Shown here one piece after another: positions 8,145-17,820 of a DNA stretch of 64,000 nt. Position numbers and translations under genes: made by a program. The notes under the pieces are model-generated. The model saw nothing but the letters and a program-made list of their open reading frames with translations. It was not told the origin of the DNA and searched no databases. Each line of letters starts with the position of its first letter. Positions within the stretch are counted from its first letter, which is position 1. Origin of the DNA: Candidatus Dormibacteria bacterium (GTDB lineage: Bacteria > Chloroflexota > Dormibacteria > Aeolococcales > Bog-877); the NCBI GenBank assembly GCA_050734515.1, contig JBOHUM010000029.1:8513-72512 (forward strand). Direction: 5' to 3'.

Positions 8145-10316
8145 ATGCTGCGCCTCTACGACACCCGCACGCGGCAGGTGCGTCCCCTGCAACCCCGGGA
8201 GGCGGGGATGCTGCGCATGTACAGCTGCGGGCCCACCGTCTACCGCTCCGTCCACATCGGCAACCTGCGCACCTACCTGCTGGCCGACTGGATCAAGCGG
8301 GCGGCTCGGCAGCAGGGCTGGCGGGTGCTGCACGTCAAGAACATCACCGACGTCGGCCACATGCGCCAGGAGATGGCGGAGCGCGGCGGCGACAAGGTCA
8401 TCGCCGCCGCGCTGGCCGCGGGCCGCACCCCTGCCGAGATCGCCCGGCAGTTCGAGGAGGAGTTCCACCGCTCGGAGGCCGCCCTGGGGATCGAGGCCGC
8501 CGACCACTTTCCCCGGGCCACCGAGCACGTGCCCCAGATGCTGGACTTAATCCAGACCCTGGAGCGTCGCGGGCTCGCCTACCGGGCGGCCGACGCCGTC
8601 TACTTCGACACCGCCGCCGCCGACGGCTACGGTGCCCTCTCGGGCAACTCTCGGGAGCAGCTGCAGGCGGCCGCCGCCGCCGAGGGCGACCCCGCCAAGC
8701 GCAGCCCCGGCGACTTCACCCTCTGGCGTCTGGCCGAGCCCGGCCGCCAGCTGATGGTCTGGGACAGCCCCTACGGCCGTGGTTTCCCCGGCTGGCACAT
8801 CGAGTGCTCGGCGATGGCGATGGCCTACCTGGGCGAGGAGCTGGATCTGCACACCGGGGGAGTCGACAACATCTTTCCCCATCACGAGGACGAGCTCGCC
8901 CAGAGCCACGGCGCCACCGGGGGGAGCTTCGTCCGCCACTGGGTGCACGGCCAGCATGTGCTCGCCGACGGGGTCAAGATGGCCAAGTCCCAGGGCAACG
9001 TCTACACGCTGGCCGACCTGACCGCCCGCGGCTTCGACCCCCTGGCCTTCCGCTATCTCTGCGCCGGCACCCGCTACCGGACCCGCCTCAACTTCACGTT
9101 GGCCGCCCTGGCCTCGGCCCAGAGGGGTCTGCAGCGGCTGCGCCAGCTGGCGACCGCATCCGGGGGCGAGTCCCTGCAGCCGCGGCTCGAGGAGCTCGGG
9201 GCGGGAGTGGCTCAGGCCTTCGCCGACGATCTCGACGTGCCCCGGGCGCTGGCACTGGTCTGGCGCTTCGCCCGCGAGCCTGGGCTCTCCCCCGCCACCC
9301 GGCGGGCAGGGATCCTTGGAGCCGACCGGCTCCTGGGCCTGGGCCTGGACCGGCCCGCCCGGGAGGAGGCGCCCCAGGGCGAGTGGCACGAGCTGGCCCG
9401 GGCGCGCCAGGGAGAGCGCGCGTCGGCGCGATACCAGCAGGCGGACCGGCTCCGGGTCCAGCTGCTGGACCGCCTGGTGGTGCCCGAGGACGGCACCAGC
9501 CCCTCCCGCTACCGCTCCGCCACCGCTCTCGACCTGCGCCACGGGCTGATCTCCTCCCCGGCCCAGGTACCGGACCGGCGCTCCCAGCCCGACCAGGCGG
9601 ACGTGACCGTGAGCCTGGTGAGCAGCGGCTATCCCCAGGACCTAGAGCGCTGCCTGGGGAGCGTGCTGCGCCACCGGGGCCGGCAGCGGGTCGAGGTCCT
9701 GGCAGTGGACAACGACGGCCAGGATGGGGTGGGCCAGCTGCTGGACCGCCTTGCCGCCCGCGAGCCGGGGGTCCGGGTCTTCCACGCCGACCACCGCCTG
9801 GGCGAGGGCGCGGCCCGCAACGTCACCCTGCGAGCCGCCAGCGGTCGGGTGGTGCTGGTGCTGGACACCGGGGTCGAGGTGTTGGGGGACTGCTTCTCGC
9901 CCCTGCTCCAGGCCCTCGAGGACCCGAGCGTGGGCGCGGTCGGCCGCTGGGGCGCCCGCAGCCGCGACCTGCGCGAGTTTCAGGACTCCCAGGCCCGGGA
10001 GGTGGACGCGATCGACGGCTACTGCCTCGGCTTCGCCCGCCGCCGCCTCGGCGAGGTCGGCCTTTTCGACGAGGGCTTTCGCTTCTACCGAATGCTCGAT
10101 TTCAACTTCTGCCTCGCCCTGCGTGCCCGCGGTCTGCGCCAGGTGCGGCTGGCGCAGCTACCGGTGGAGCTGCACCAGCACCGCGGCTGGGAGGAGACCG
10201 ACCCTGAGGAGCGGGAACGCCTCAGCCGCCTCAATTTCCGCCGCTTCTACGAACGCTGGCATCACCGTCCCGACCTGCTGCTGGAGCCCGAGCCCGCCCT
10301 GCCCTCGCCCCCCTGA
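8145..10316 (+). CDS. cysS: cysteine--tRNA ligase homologue fused to a C-terminal GT2 glycosyltransferase domain
   Basis: Residues 1-470 are a full class I CysRS. They include the CGPTVY Zn-Cys, HIGN in place of HIGH, WHIECS, HHEDELAQS, KMAKSQGN (KMSKS), and an anticodon-binding domain (DDLDVPRALALVWRFA). Residues 490-723 are a GT-A fold GT2 domain (VSLVSSGYPQDLERCL…AVDNDGQDG…GEGAARN…LDTG). The two parts are in one frame with no stop. Confidence 0.8.
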   Translation: MLRLYDTRTRQVRPLQPREAGMLRMYSCGPTVYRSVHIGNLRTYLLADWIKRAARQQGWRVLHVKNITDVGHMRQEMAERGGDKVIAAALAAGRTPAEIARQFEEEFHRSEAALGIEAADHFPRATEHVPQMLDLIQTLERRGLAYRAADAVYFDTAAADGYGALSGNSREQLQAAAAAEGDPAKRSPGDFTLWRLAEPGRQLMVWDSPYGRGFPGWHIECSAMAMAYLGEELDLHTGGVDNIFPHHEDELAQSHGATGGSFVRHWVHGQHVLADGVKMAKSQGNVYTLADLTARGFDPLAFRYLCAGTRYRTRLNFTLAALASAQRGLQRLRQLATASGGESLQPRLEELGAGVAQAFADDLDVPRALALVWRFAREPGLSPATRRAGILGADRLLGLGLDRPAREEAPQGEWHELARARQGERASARYQQADRLRVQLLDRLVVPEDGTSPSRYRSATALDLRHGLISSPAQVPDRRSQPDQADVTVSLVSSGYPQDLERCLGSVLRHRGRQRVEVLAVDNDGQDGVGQLLDRLAAREPGVRVFHADHRLGEGAARNVTLRAASGRVVLVLDTGVEVLGDCFSPLLQALEDPSVGAVGRWGARSRDLREFQDSQAREVDAIDGYCLGFARRRLGEVGLFDEGFRFYRMLDFNFCLALRARGLRQVRLAQLPVELHQHRGWEETDPEERERLSRLNFRRFYERWHHRPDLLLEPEPALPSPP

Positions 10317-10330
10317 GGCGCCCGGAAGCC

Positions 10331-11080
10331 TCAGCTCCCGAGCTCGGCCAGCACCCGCGCCGCCCGCAGGGGCCGGTCCAGGTGATGCTCTAGGTGCGCC
10401 AGCAGGATGGTCTGGGTCTGGTCCCGAAGCCGCTCGGTCCAGCGCAGCCGGCGCAGCGTGGCGACGTCCCCGGCCTCCAGGCGCCGCAGCAGCCGCAGCG
10501 TCTCCGCGGCGCAGGCCAGTGCCTCGGGATGGGCTTGCCAGCAGCCACCCTGGACCACGCCCCCGAGCCCGGGCAGAAAGCCGCCATCGCGATCCGCGAG
10601 CGGCTCGCCGCAGAGGGCGCAGCGAGCCAAATCAGGACGGTAGCCGCCGGCAACCGCGATCTGGAAGGCGCCCCAGGCCAGCTCGGCCCGGGGGTCGCTG
10701 CCCGGGTCGGCCAGGCGCTCCCGGAGTCCCGCCACCAGGAAGTAGAGCCCGGGGTCGGGATGGCCCTCCTCCAGGGTGGCGTCGACCAGCTCCGCCAGGA
10801 CCGCGCCGCAGGCGGTGCGGATCAGGTCCTGGCCCGGCCAGGGCAGCCCCAGCGGGCGGGCCTGGGTCAGGAGCGCCAGGCCCCGCCCCTGGGCCAGGAG
10901 CACCTCCGAGCGGGTCAGCAGGTCGAGGCCGGCGGCATTACGCGCCCGGGGCCGGCGGGCCCCCCGGGCAAGCACGCTCAGCTTGCCGTGGTCGCGCGTG
11001 ACCATCACCAGGACTCGGTCGGCCTCGGAGTAGGTCCGCCGCCGCAGGACGATGCCTTCGTCGCGGACCGGGGCCGCCAC
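10331..11080 (-). CDS. recO: DNA repair protein RecO
   Basis: 249 aa. N-terminal OB-fold (EGIVLRRRTYSEADRVLVMVTRDHGKLSVLARGARR) and a C-terminal Cys-rich zinc motif (CALCGEP…GGCWQ). Confidence 0.85.
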   Translation of the reverse strand: MAAPVRDEGIVLRRRTYSEADRVLVMVTRDHGKLSVLARGARRPRARNAAGLDLLTRSEVLLAQGRGLALLTQARPLGLPWPGQDLIRTACGAVLAELVDATLEEGHPDPGLYFLVAGLRERLADPGSDPRAELAWGAFQIAVAGGYRPDLARCALCGEPLADRDGGFLPGLGGVVQGGCWQAHPEALACAAETLRLLRRLEAGDVATLRRLRWTERLRDQTQTILLAHLEHHLDRPLRAARVLAELGS

Positions 11081-11088
11081 TCAGGGCC

Positions 11089-12423
11089 CTAGCCGGGGCC
11101 GTTCTGGCCGGCGGGCAGGGCCGCCGCCGACCCCGGCTCCCCGCCCTCTCCGGGGAGAGCGACCTCGAATGGACGGTCGCGGCGCAGCCGGACGGTGCGA
11201 ATCGCCCGGCGCTCGATGGCCTCCACCGTGATGGTCACCCCGTCGCCGGTGCTGACCTCATCCCCGACCGCCGGGATCCGCCCCAGATGGGCGTAGACCA
11301 AACCCCCGAGCGAGTCGAAGTCCTCGCCCTCGAGCTTGAGGTGGAGCACGTCGTTGACGTCATCCAGGCTCACCGAGGCACTGGCGAGGGCCTCGGCGGG
11401 GGCGATCAGCTGGATCTCCTCCGGCTCGTCCCGGTCGTACTCGTCGCGGATCGGTCCCACGATCTCCTCAAGCAGGTCTTCGATGGTCACCAGCCCGGCG
11501 GTGCCGCCGTACTCGTCCACCACCATCGCCAGATGGGTCTTGGCCAGCTGCATCTCCTGGAGCAGCTCGCCCAGGTGCTTGGCCTCAGGCACGAAGGTGG
11601 CCGGGCGGGCCAGCTCACCCACCCGCGCCGGCTGGCCGCCGCCCCCGGTCGCGGCCCCCAGCAGGTCCTTGGCGTAGAGCACCCCGGTGATGTTGTCCAC
11701 CGTCTCCTCATACACGGGGATCCGGCTGTGGCCTTGCGTCTTGATCTCGCTGATGGCGTCTTCAAGGCTGGCCTCGGCCGCCAGGGCGACCATCTGCACC
11801 CGGGGCACCATCACCTCTCGGACCGGCTTGTCGGTCATCTCCAGGACCCCGTGGATCATCTCCCGCTCCTCCTCCTCGACTACGCCCTCCTGCTGGCTGG
11901 CGGAGACCAGCTCCTTGAGCTCGTCCTCGCTGAGAAAGGGGGTGCGGCGCCCGCCCTGGCCGGGCAGCACCCGGAAAACCAGCGAGGAGACCCAGGTCAG
12001 CACCAGCAGCAGGGGGCGCAGGGCCGAGGTCAGGCCCGCCACCGGCCGGGCCAGGACCCGGGCCACCCCCTCGTTGTGCTGGAGCGCGTAGGTCTTGGGA
12101 CCAAGCTCGCAGAAGAGGAGCACCAGGATCGAGAGCGCCAGCGCCGACCACAGTGCGGCACCCGTCCCCAGGCGCCGCTCCGCCAGCAGGGTCGCCGCCG
12201 ATGAGGCGATCACCACCGCCAAGGTGTTGGTGACCAGGATCGTCCCCAGGTACCCACCCGGGTCGCGGTGGAGCCGTTCGATGAGCGCGGCCCGGCGGTC
12301 GCCCTCGGCGCGGCGGGCGCGGATCTTGAGCCGGCTGACCGAGGTCAGCGAGGTCTCGGCGGTGGCGGAGAGGCCGGCCACCACCAAGGCCAGCACCAGC
12401 AGCAGGACCAGCCAGGTGGTCAT
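11089..12423 (-). CDS. CNNM/CorC-HlyC family transporter (DUF21-CBS pair-CorC_HlyC)
   Basis: N-terminal four-TM DUF21, tandem CBS domains, and a C-terminal CorC_HlyC domain ([27 protein letters not shown]). Confidence 0.85.
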   Translation of the reverse strand: MTTWLVLLLVLALVVAGLSATAETSLTSVSRLKIRARRAEGDRRAALIERLHRDPGGYLGTILVTNTLAVVIASSAATLLAERRLGTGAALWSALALSILVLLFCELGPKTYALQHNEGVARVLARPVAGLTSALRPLLLVLTWVSSLVFRVLPGQGGRRTPFLSEDELKELVSASQQEGVVEEEEREMIHGVLEMTDKPVREVMVPRVQMVALAAEASLEDAISEIKTQGHSRIPVYEETVDNITGVLYAKDLLGAATGGGGQPARVGELARPATFVPEAKHLGELLQEMQLAKTHLAMVVDEYGGTAGLVTIEDLLEEIVGPIRDEYDRDEPEEIQLIAPAEALASASVSLDDVNDVLHLKLEGEDFDSLGGLVYAHLGRIPAVGDEVSTGDGVTITVEAIERRAIRTVRLRRDRPFEVALPGEGGEPGSAAALPAGQNGPG

Positions 12424-12591
12424 GGAGCCACGGAGGCGATCCGGGCCGCCATTTCCTCCCTGTTGGCCGAGGTGACGCCGGGACGGCCCGGGCCGCGGTC
12501 TCTTGTCCCCGGGCCCGCTCTGCCTACTTGCCGCCCGCCGCTCGGTGAGCCAGAGCTCATCTGCGGCTCGCAGTCTAGCAGGCGGCTGAGA

Positions 12592-13545
12592 TCACCTAAA
12601 GAGGGCCGAGACCGATCTCCCCTCGTGCACCCGGACGATGGCCTCGGCGATCAGGGGCGCAACCGAGACCTGGGTCACCTTGTCGCTGCCGGCCGCCTCC
12701 TCGCTGATGGGGACGCTGTCGGTGATCACCACCTCGTCCACCGGCGCCTCCTCCAGCCGGCGCAGGGCCCCGTTGCTGAGCACTCCATGGGTGGCCAGCA
12801 CGTCGACCGAGACGGCGCCGCTGGCCTTGAGCGCCTGGGCGGCTCCGGCCAGGGTGGCTCCGGTGGAGATCAGGTCGTCGACCACCACGCAACGGCTGCC
12901 CTCAACGTCGCCGATGACGTTGAGGATCTCGACGTCGTCGTCCCGGGGCCGCCGCTTGTCGATGATCGCCAGCGGGGAGTCGAGGCGGCGGGCGATGGCC
13001 CGGGCGCGGGCGGTGCCGCCGACGTCGGGCGAGACCACCACCAGCTGCTGCCGGCCATGGCGGGAGCGCACGTGACCGGCCAGGATCTTGCCCGCGGTGA
13101 GCGCGTCCACGGGGATGTCGAAGAAGCCCTGGATGGCCTCGGCGTGGAGATCGAGGACGATCATGCGCTCGGCGCCCGCCCCCTGGAGGAAGTTGGCCAT
13201 CAGCTTGGCCGAGATCGGGTCCCGGGCCTGGGTCTTCTTCTCCTTGCGCTGGTAGCCGTAGTAGGGCAGCACGGCATTGATCCGCGAGGCGCTGGCCCGG
13301 CGCAGGGCGTCGAGGAGGATGAACAGCTCCATGTAGTTGTCATTGCCGGGCGGGCAGGTGGGCTGGATCAGGAAGACGTCGTGGCCGCGGACCGACTCCC
13401 CGATCTTGACGTCGAACTCACCATCGGCGAACCGCGTCACCTCCAGGGGGGCCAGTGCCACCCCCACCTCTTCGGCGATCTTGGCCCCGAGGGCGGGATG
13501 GGCGGAGCCGCAGAGCAGCATCAGGGGGCCCTCGGACCCGTTCAT
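12592..13545 (-). CDS. prs: ribose-phosphate pyrophosphokinase
   Basis: 317 aa. PRPP synthetase motifs (DLHAEAIQGFFDIPVD, VVSPDVGG, PRPP-binding loop DDLISTGATL). Confidence 0.92.
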   Translation of the reverse strand: MNGSEGPLMLLCGSAHPALGAKIAEEVGVALAPLEVTRFADGEFDVKIGESVRGHDVFLIQPTCPPGNDNYMELFILLDALRRASASRINAVLPYYGYQRKEKKTQARDPISAKLMANFLQGAGAERMIVLDLHAEAIQGFFDIPVDALTAGKILAGHVRSRHGRQQLVVVSPDVGGTARARAIARRLDSPLAIIDKRRPRDDDVEILNVIGDVEGSRCVVVDDLISTGATLAGAAQALKASGAVSVDVLATHGVLSNGALRRLEEAPVDEVVITDSVPISEEAAGSDKVTQVSVAPLIAEAIVRVHEGRSVSALFR

Positions 13546-15008
13546 CCGCCCTCCCCTGCCGACCGGCGGCGGCGGCGCCCGTAGTCCGCAATGTTGCGCT
13601 GGCGCGACCGGGAGACGGCCAGGGCGCCGTCGGGAACGTCCTCGGTCACCACCGAGCCGGCACCGGTGTAGGCTCCCCGACCGACCCGCACCGGGGCCAC
13701 CAGGATGGTGTCCGACCCCAGCCGCGCCCCCTCGTCGATCACGGTGCGGTGCTTCTGCAGGCCGTCCCAGTTGGCGGTGATGCTGCCGGCGCCGACGTTG
13801 ACGTCTGGACCCAGCTCCGCATCCCCTAGGTAGGTTAGGTGGGGGACCTGGCTGCCCGCCCCGACCTGGGAGCGCACCACCTCCGTGAAGGTGCCGAGAT
13901 GGGAGTTGGGACCCAGGCTGCTCTCCGGGCGCACGCGGTTGAAGGGTCCGACATCCACTCCGTCGGCCAGCTTACAGCCGGCGAGGTGGGCCCGCCCGAT
14001 CTGGCAGCCATCACCCACCTCCGCGTCCTCCAGTTCCGCGAAGGGCCCGATGACGCAGCCCGCACCGACCCGGGTGCGGCCGCGCAGCACCGTCCCCGGG
14101 GCGAGCACGGTGTCCTCCCCCACCTCCACGTCGCAGTCGACCCAGGTGGCAGCCGGATCGACGACTGTTACTCCCGAGCGCATCAGCCGCTCCAGGGTGC
14201 GCCGCCGCAGCAGCCCCTCGGCGTGGGCCAGCTGGAGGCGGTCATTGACCTGGGTGGCCAGCTCGGCGTCCTCAAGATCGACCGTCACCACTCCCCCGTC
14301 GACCAGCTGCGGCAGCCAGCTCAGGTAGCGCTCGCCCTGGACGTTGTCGGCGCCCAGCCGGGTCAGTCCCTCCCGGGCCCTCGCCAGGGAGAAGCAGTAG
14401 ACACCGCAGTTAACCTCCGCCGGCCGCCCGTCCCAGGGCTGGTCGGCGTCCTCTACCACCCGCAGGAACCCGCCCTCCGCCGAGCGCTGCACCCGGCCAA
14501 ACCCCGAGGCGTCATTCCTGGTCGCGGTGAGCAGACCGGCCCCCGCTCCGGCGGCCTCGCGCGCCGTCACCAGCTGGCGCAGAGCCTCCGCGGGAAGCAG
14601 AGGCATGTCGGCCGGGAGCACCAGCAGCACCCGCGCCCCTCCCACCTGGGGCAGCGCCCGCTCCAGGGCATCTCCGGTGCCCAGGGGCTCGGGCTGGGCC
14701 ACCAGCTCGGCGCGGCCCGCCAGCCACTCGGCCACCTGCTCGCCACCTTGGTCCGGCACCACCACCAGGGGAATGTCCTCCCCCACGGCGACCGCGAGCC
14801 GGAGGGCATGTTCCAGCAGCGGCAGGCCCCCGACCCGGTGCAGGACCTTGGGCAGGCGGGAGCGCATTCTCCGCCCCTGACCGGCGGCGAGGATCACGGT
14901 CCGCGCAGCCGAGCCTTCGCTCAATTCACACTCCGCGGCCAGCCCGTCCTCAACTCCGCGACGGTTGCCGAGTATAGCAACGGATCGCCCGATTCCAAGT
15001 TCGCGCAA
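13542..15008 (-). CDS. glmU: bifunctional UDP-N-acetylglucosamine pyrophosphorylase / glucosamine-1-phosphate N-acetyltransferase
   Basis: N-terminal nucleotidyltransferase (VILAAGQGRRMRSRLPKVLH) and C-terminal left-handed beta-helix hexapeptide repeats. Overlaps prs by 4 nt. The true start is probably about 30 codons downstream of 15008, near 14909. Confidence 0.88.
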   Translation of the reverse strand: MRELGIGRSVAILGNRRGVEDGLAAECELSEGSAARTVILAAGQGRRMRSRLPKVLHRVGGLPLLEHALRLAVAVGEDIPLVVVPDQGGEQVAEWLAGRAELVAQPEPLGTGDALERALPQVGGARVLLVLPADMPLLPAEALRQLVTAREAAGAGAGLLTATRNDASGFGRVQRSAEGGFLRVVEDADQPWDGRPAEVNCGVYCFSLARAREGLTRLGADNVQGERYLSWLPQLVDGGVVTVDLEDAELATQVNDRLQLAHAEGLLRRRTLERLMRSGVTVVDPAATWVDCDVEVGEDTVLAPGTVLRGRTRVGAGCVIGPFAELEDAEVGDGCQIGRAHLAGCKLADGVDVGPFNRVRPESSLGPNSHLGTFTEVVRSQVGAGSQVPHLTYLGDAELGPDVNVGAGSITANWDGLQKHRTVIDEGARLGSDTILVAPVRVGRGAYTGAGSVVTEDVPDGALAVSRSRQRNIADYGRRRRRSAGEGG

Positions 15009-15082
15009 AGGGAGGTTATGCTGCCCGGCGTGAGCGCGGGCGACGCCGGCAGCAGCGCCGCGCCGGGGTCGGGCCGGGCGGG

Positions 15083-15895
15083 ATGAGCGACGTTCCCCAG
15101 GGGGACGCCGCCCCGCTGGTGCTGGTAAGTCGTCCGGCCCCGGGCGTGGCTCGGATCGCGCTCAACCGTCCCCAGCAGCGCAACGCCCTCACCGAGGAGC
15201 TGGCGCAGGCGCTGCGGGAGGAGGTGCGGAGCCTGGCGGCAACGGCAGGGGTGCGGGCCCTGATCCTCACCGGCGCCGGCAAGACCTTCTGCGCCGGCGC
15301 CGACCTGGGGGCCTTGGGTCGGGACCGGAGCACCGCCGAAGGCATGCGCCAGGCGCTGGCCGAGTACTACCGCGCCTTCCTCGACCTTCGCGACTTGGAG
15401 GTGCCCACCGTCGCCGCCGTCAACGGTGCCGCCGTCGGCGCCGGACTCAACCTGGCCCTCTGCTGCGACCTCCGGGTGCTCAGCGAGTCCGCCCGCATGG
15501 CCGCTCCGTTCGCCAGGCTCGGGATCCATCCCGGCGGCGGCGCCACCTGGATGCTCAGCCGCCTGCTGGGCCCGGGGGCCGCCCGGGAGCTGCTCCTCCT
15601 CGGCGAGCCGATCGGCGCCGACCGCGCCTTGGCCCTGGGCCTGGCCACTCGCGTGGTAACAGCCGACCAGCTGGAGGTTGTGGCCCTGCAATGGGCGGTG
15701 GGCCTGGCCAAGCTGTCCCACCCGGTCGTGAGCGACCTGAGGCGGACGCTGCGGATGGCCGAGACCGGCTACGACTGGGACGCCGTGCTGGACTTCGAAA
15801 CCGAGGCGCAGGCACGGTCATTGCTCAGCGAAGACGCTCGGGAGGGCTGGAACGCCTTCAAAGAACATCGGCAGCCACAGTTTCACGATCGTTGA
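15083..15895 (+). CDS. enoyl-CoA hydratase/isomerase (crotonase) family protein
   Basis: Crotonase-fold motifs (ALNRPQQRNAL, FCAGADL, AAVNGAAVGAGLNLAL). Confidence 0.8.
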   Translation: MSDVPQGDAAPLVLVSRPAPGVARIALNRPQQRNALTEELAQALREEVRSLAATAGVRALILTGAGKTFCAGADLGALGRDRSTAEGMRQALAEYYRAFLDLRDLEVPTVAAVNGAAVGAGLNLALCCDLRVLSESARMAAPFARLGIHPGGGATWMLSRLLGPGAARELLLLGEPIGADRALALGLATRVVTADQLEVVALQWAVGLAKLSHPVVSDLRRTLRMAETGYDWDAVLDFETEAQARSLLSEDAREGWNAFKEHRQPQFHDR

Positions 15896-15925
15896 TTGCG
15901 GGCCGGACCCGGTGCGGGGTGGGGA

Positions 15926-16699
15926 TCAGCGGGTGGAGGAGCAGGCGCCGCTGGGCCGCCTTCCCGGTGACTTCGCCCGGCGCTGGCCGCCGCGCCGGGG
16001 AGGCGCATTGCCGGGTCGGCCGCGAGCTTGGGGGCGGAGCCGGGACGAGGGACACCAGCTCTCCAGGACACAGGCCTCGCAGCGGGGGGTGCGCGCCTGG
16101 CAGACCTCACGACCGTGGAGGATCAGGCGCAGGCTGAGTCCGGTCCAGGCGCTGGGCGGCACCATCTTGCACACCTGAGCCTCGATCTTGACCGGGTCCA
16201 GGGTCCGAACCAATCCCAGACGGTTGCTGAGCCGGGTCACGTGAGTGTCGACCGGGAACCCGGGGATGTCGAAGGCCACGCCCAGGACCACGTTGGCGGT
16301 CTTGCGCCCCACCCCGGGTAGCCGGGTCAGGTCCTCGATGGTCCGGGGCACCTGGCCGTGGAACTCCTGCTGGAGGACAGTGCCCATCCCGATCAAGGCA
16401 CGGGATTTGGCCCGGAAGAAGCCGGTGGGATGGATGAGCCGCTCCAGTTCGACGGGGTCGGCGGCGGCGTAGTCGGCGGCGGTGCGCATCCGGGCGAAGA
16501 GCTGGGGGGTGGCCAGGTTGACCCGCTCGTCCGTGGTCTGAGCGGAGAGGATGGTGGCCACCAGCAACTCGAGCGGATTGCGGTGCTGCAGAGCACAGGC
16601 GGCGGGATACACCTCGGCCAGGGCGGCGGCGGCGGCCAGGGCCCGCTGGCGCGGCGAGCGCGGCGAAGTCGCGACAGGGCCGCCGCCTGCGACCGCCAT
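15926..16699 (-). CDS. nth: endonuclease III (DNA glycosylase/AP lyase)
   Basis: HhH-GPD motif (LPGVGRKTANVV), catalytic Lys/Asp region (VDTHVTRLSNRLG), and a C-terminal 4Fe-4S cluster C-x6-C-x2-C-x5-C (CQARTPRCEACVLESWC). Start chosen at an internal Met; the ORF extends to 16768. Confidence 0.82.
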   Translation of the reverse strand: MAVAGGGPVATSPRSPRQRALAAAAALAEVYPAACALQHRNPLELLVATILSAQTTDERVNLATPQLFARMRTAADYAAADPVELERLIHPTGFFRAKSRALIGMGTVLQQEFHGQVPRTIEDLTRLPGVGRKTANVVLGVAFDIPGFPVDTHVTRLSNRLGLVRTLDPVKIEAQVCKMVPPSAWTGLSLRLILHGREVCQARTPRCEACVLESWCPSSRLRPQARGRPGNAPPRRGGQRRAKSPGRRPSGACSSTR

Positions 16700-16812
16700 C
16701 AGCCGGGTGCTCCGGGGATCATCCGCTTCATTGTCGGGACCCGCCCCAGCCCCGGTCCGGCGGCCCAACCGGGGACACGGCGCCGCCTAGGTGGGGTGGG
16801 TATCCTGAACCC

Positions 16813-17304
16813 ATGCTGGAGGGCCCGCCGCCAACACCGCTCAGGCGCGGCCGTGGCCCCACCCTGCTGGTCGTCGCCGGCTTGATGCTGGCCCTGCTCC
16901 TCAGCGGCTGCAGCTTCTTCGGCGACAACGGCGCCCCCACCTCGGCTCACGGCCAGATCCAGCCCGGGAACCCGGTGCCCCAGAAGGACAGCAACCTCCA
17001 GATCAAGGCGCTGCCCCACCCACCCGGCAGCCCCGACTACCGGGTGATCATCTACCACAACGACAACACCGTGGGCGAGTTCGTGCCCGAGCAGCTGACA
17101 GTGCCGGTGGGCTCGGTTGTCGAATGGGTATGGACCGATCAGTACGACCAGCACAACGTCTGGTGGATCGACCAGAATCTGATCAACTCCCCCACCAAGG
17201 GGGCGGGCTACCGCTGGGCGGTGCGCTTCGTCGCCCCCGGTGTCTACGACTACTACTGCACCCTCCACCCCGGCATGCTGGGCCGTGTGGTCGTCACTGG
17301 TTAG
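16813..17304 (+). CDS. cupredoxin (type-1 blue copper) lipoprotein
   Basis: Signal peptide with lipobox (LLLSGCS). C-terminal type-1 Cu site YYCTLHPGM (Cys-x2-His-x2-Met) with an upstream His (QHNVWW). The fold is plastocyanin/amicyanin-like. Confidence 0.72.
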   Translation: MLEGPPPTPLRRGRGPTLLVVAGLMLALLLSGCSFFGDNGAPTSAHGQIQPGNPVPQKDSNLQIKALPHPPGSPDYRVIIYHNDNTVGEFVPEQLTVPVGSVVEWVWTDQYDQHNVWWIDQNLINSPTKGAGYRWAVRFVAPGVYDYYCTLHPGMLGRVVVTG

Positions 17305-17719
17305 GCGGCCCCTCATCCGGGCCCTGAGCGGCGCCGCGACTCTCGCCGCTGGGGGCGCGCTGCTCAGCGCCTGCATCGGCCCGGCGGTCCCGGCCACCCA
17401 CGCCCTCAACAACTGGCTGGCCGACGTCAGGGCCCACTCGGTCGCCTACGCCTACACCCTGCTCAGCAGCCAGGCGGAGATGAGGACTGACTACGACCAG
17501 TTCTTCGACGGGGTCAACCACACCCGGGCCAGCTACCGGATCCTTGCTACCAGGACCGTCTCCTCCACCGAGGTCACGGCGGTGGTCGAGGTCAGCAACG
17601 GCTCGTCGGCCCCAACCCGGGTCAGAGTGCAGATGATCGAGGAGGGCAACGCCGGCGACTGGCTGGTGGGTGAGCCTTTCACCGGCCAGGGGGCGAGGGC
17701 GATCCGCTACTTCAAGTAG
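17285..17719 (+). CDS. hypothetical lipoprotein
   Basis: A GTG at 17285 gives MWSSLVRRPLIRALSGAATLAAGGALLSAC, a signal peptide with lipobox LSAC. The mature part is 120 aa and hydrophilic. The track's ATG at 17240 would overlap the cupredoxin gene by 65 nt. Confidence 0.5.
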   Translation: MWSSLVRRPLIRALSGAATLAAGGALLSACIGPAVPATHALNNWLADVRAHSVAYAYTLLSSQAEMRTDYDQFFDGVNHTRASYRILATRTVSSTEVTAVVEVSNGSSAPTRVRVQMIEEGNAGDWLVGEPFTGQGARAIRYFK

Positions 17720-17820
17720 CGCTGGGCGCAGGAAACGGGTCAGGAAGCGCAATCGGGGCCGAGCGGGCCGGCTCTACGCGTGGGTGGTGTGACAGGGCGA
17801 CGTCGCCGAGGTCAAGACCA

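Noticed and set aside
8804-10207. 467-aa ORF in an alternate frame inside the cysS-GT2 gene.
   Set aside because: Extreme Arg/Pro/Gly bias (RRRPGRGAG…) with no domain signature. The overlapping frame has clear CysRS and GT2 motifs.
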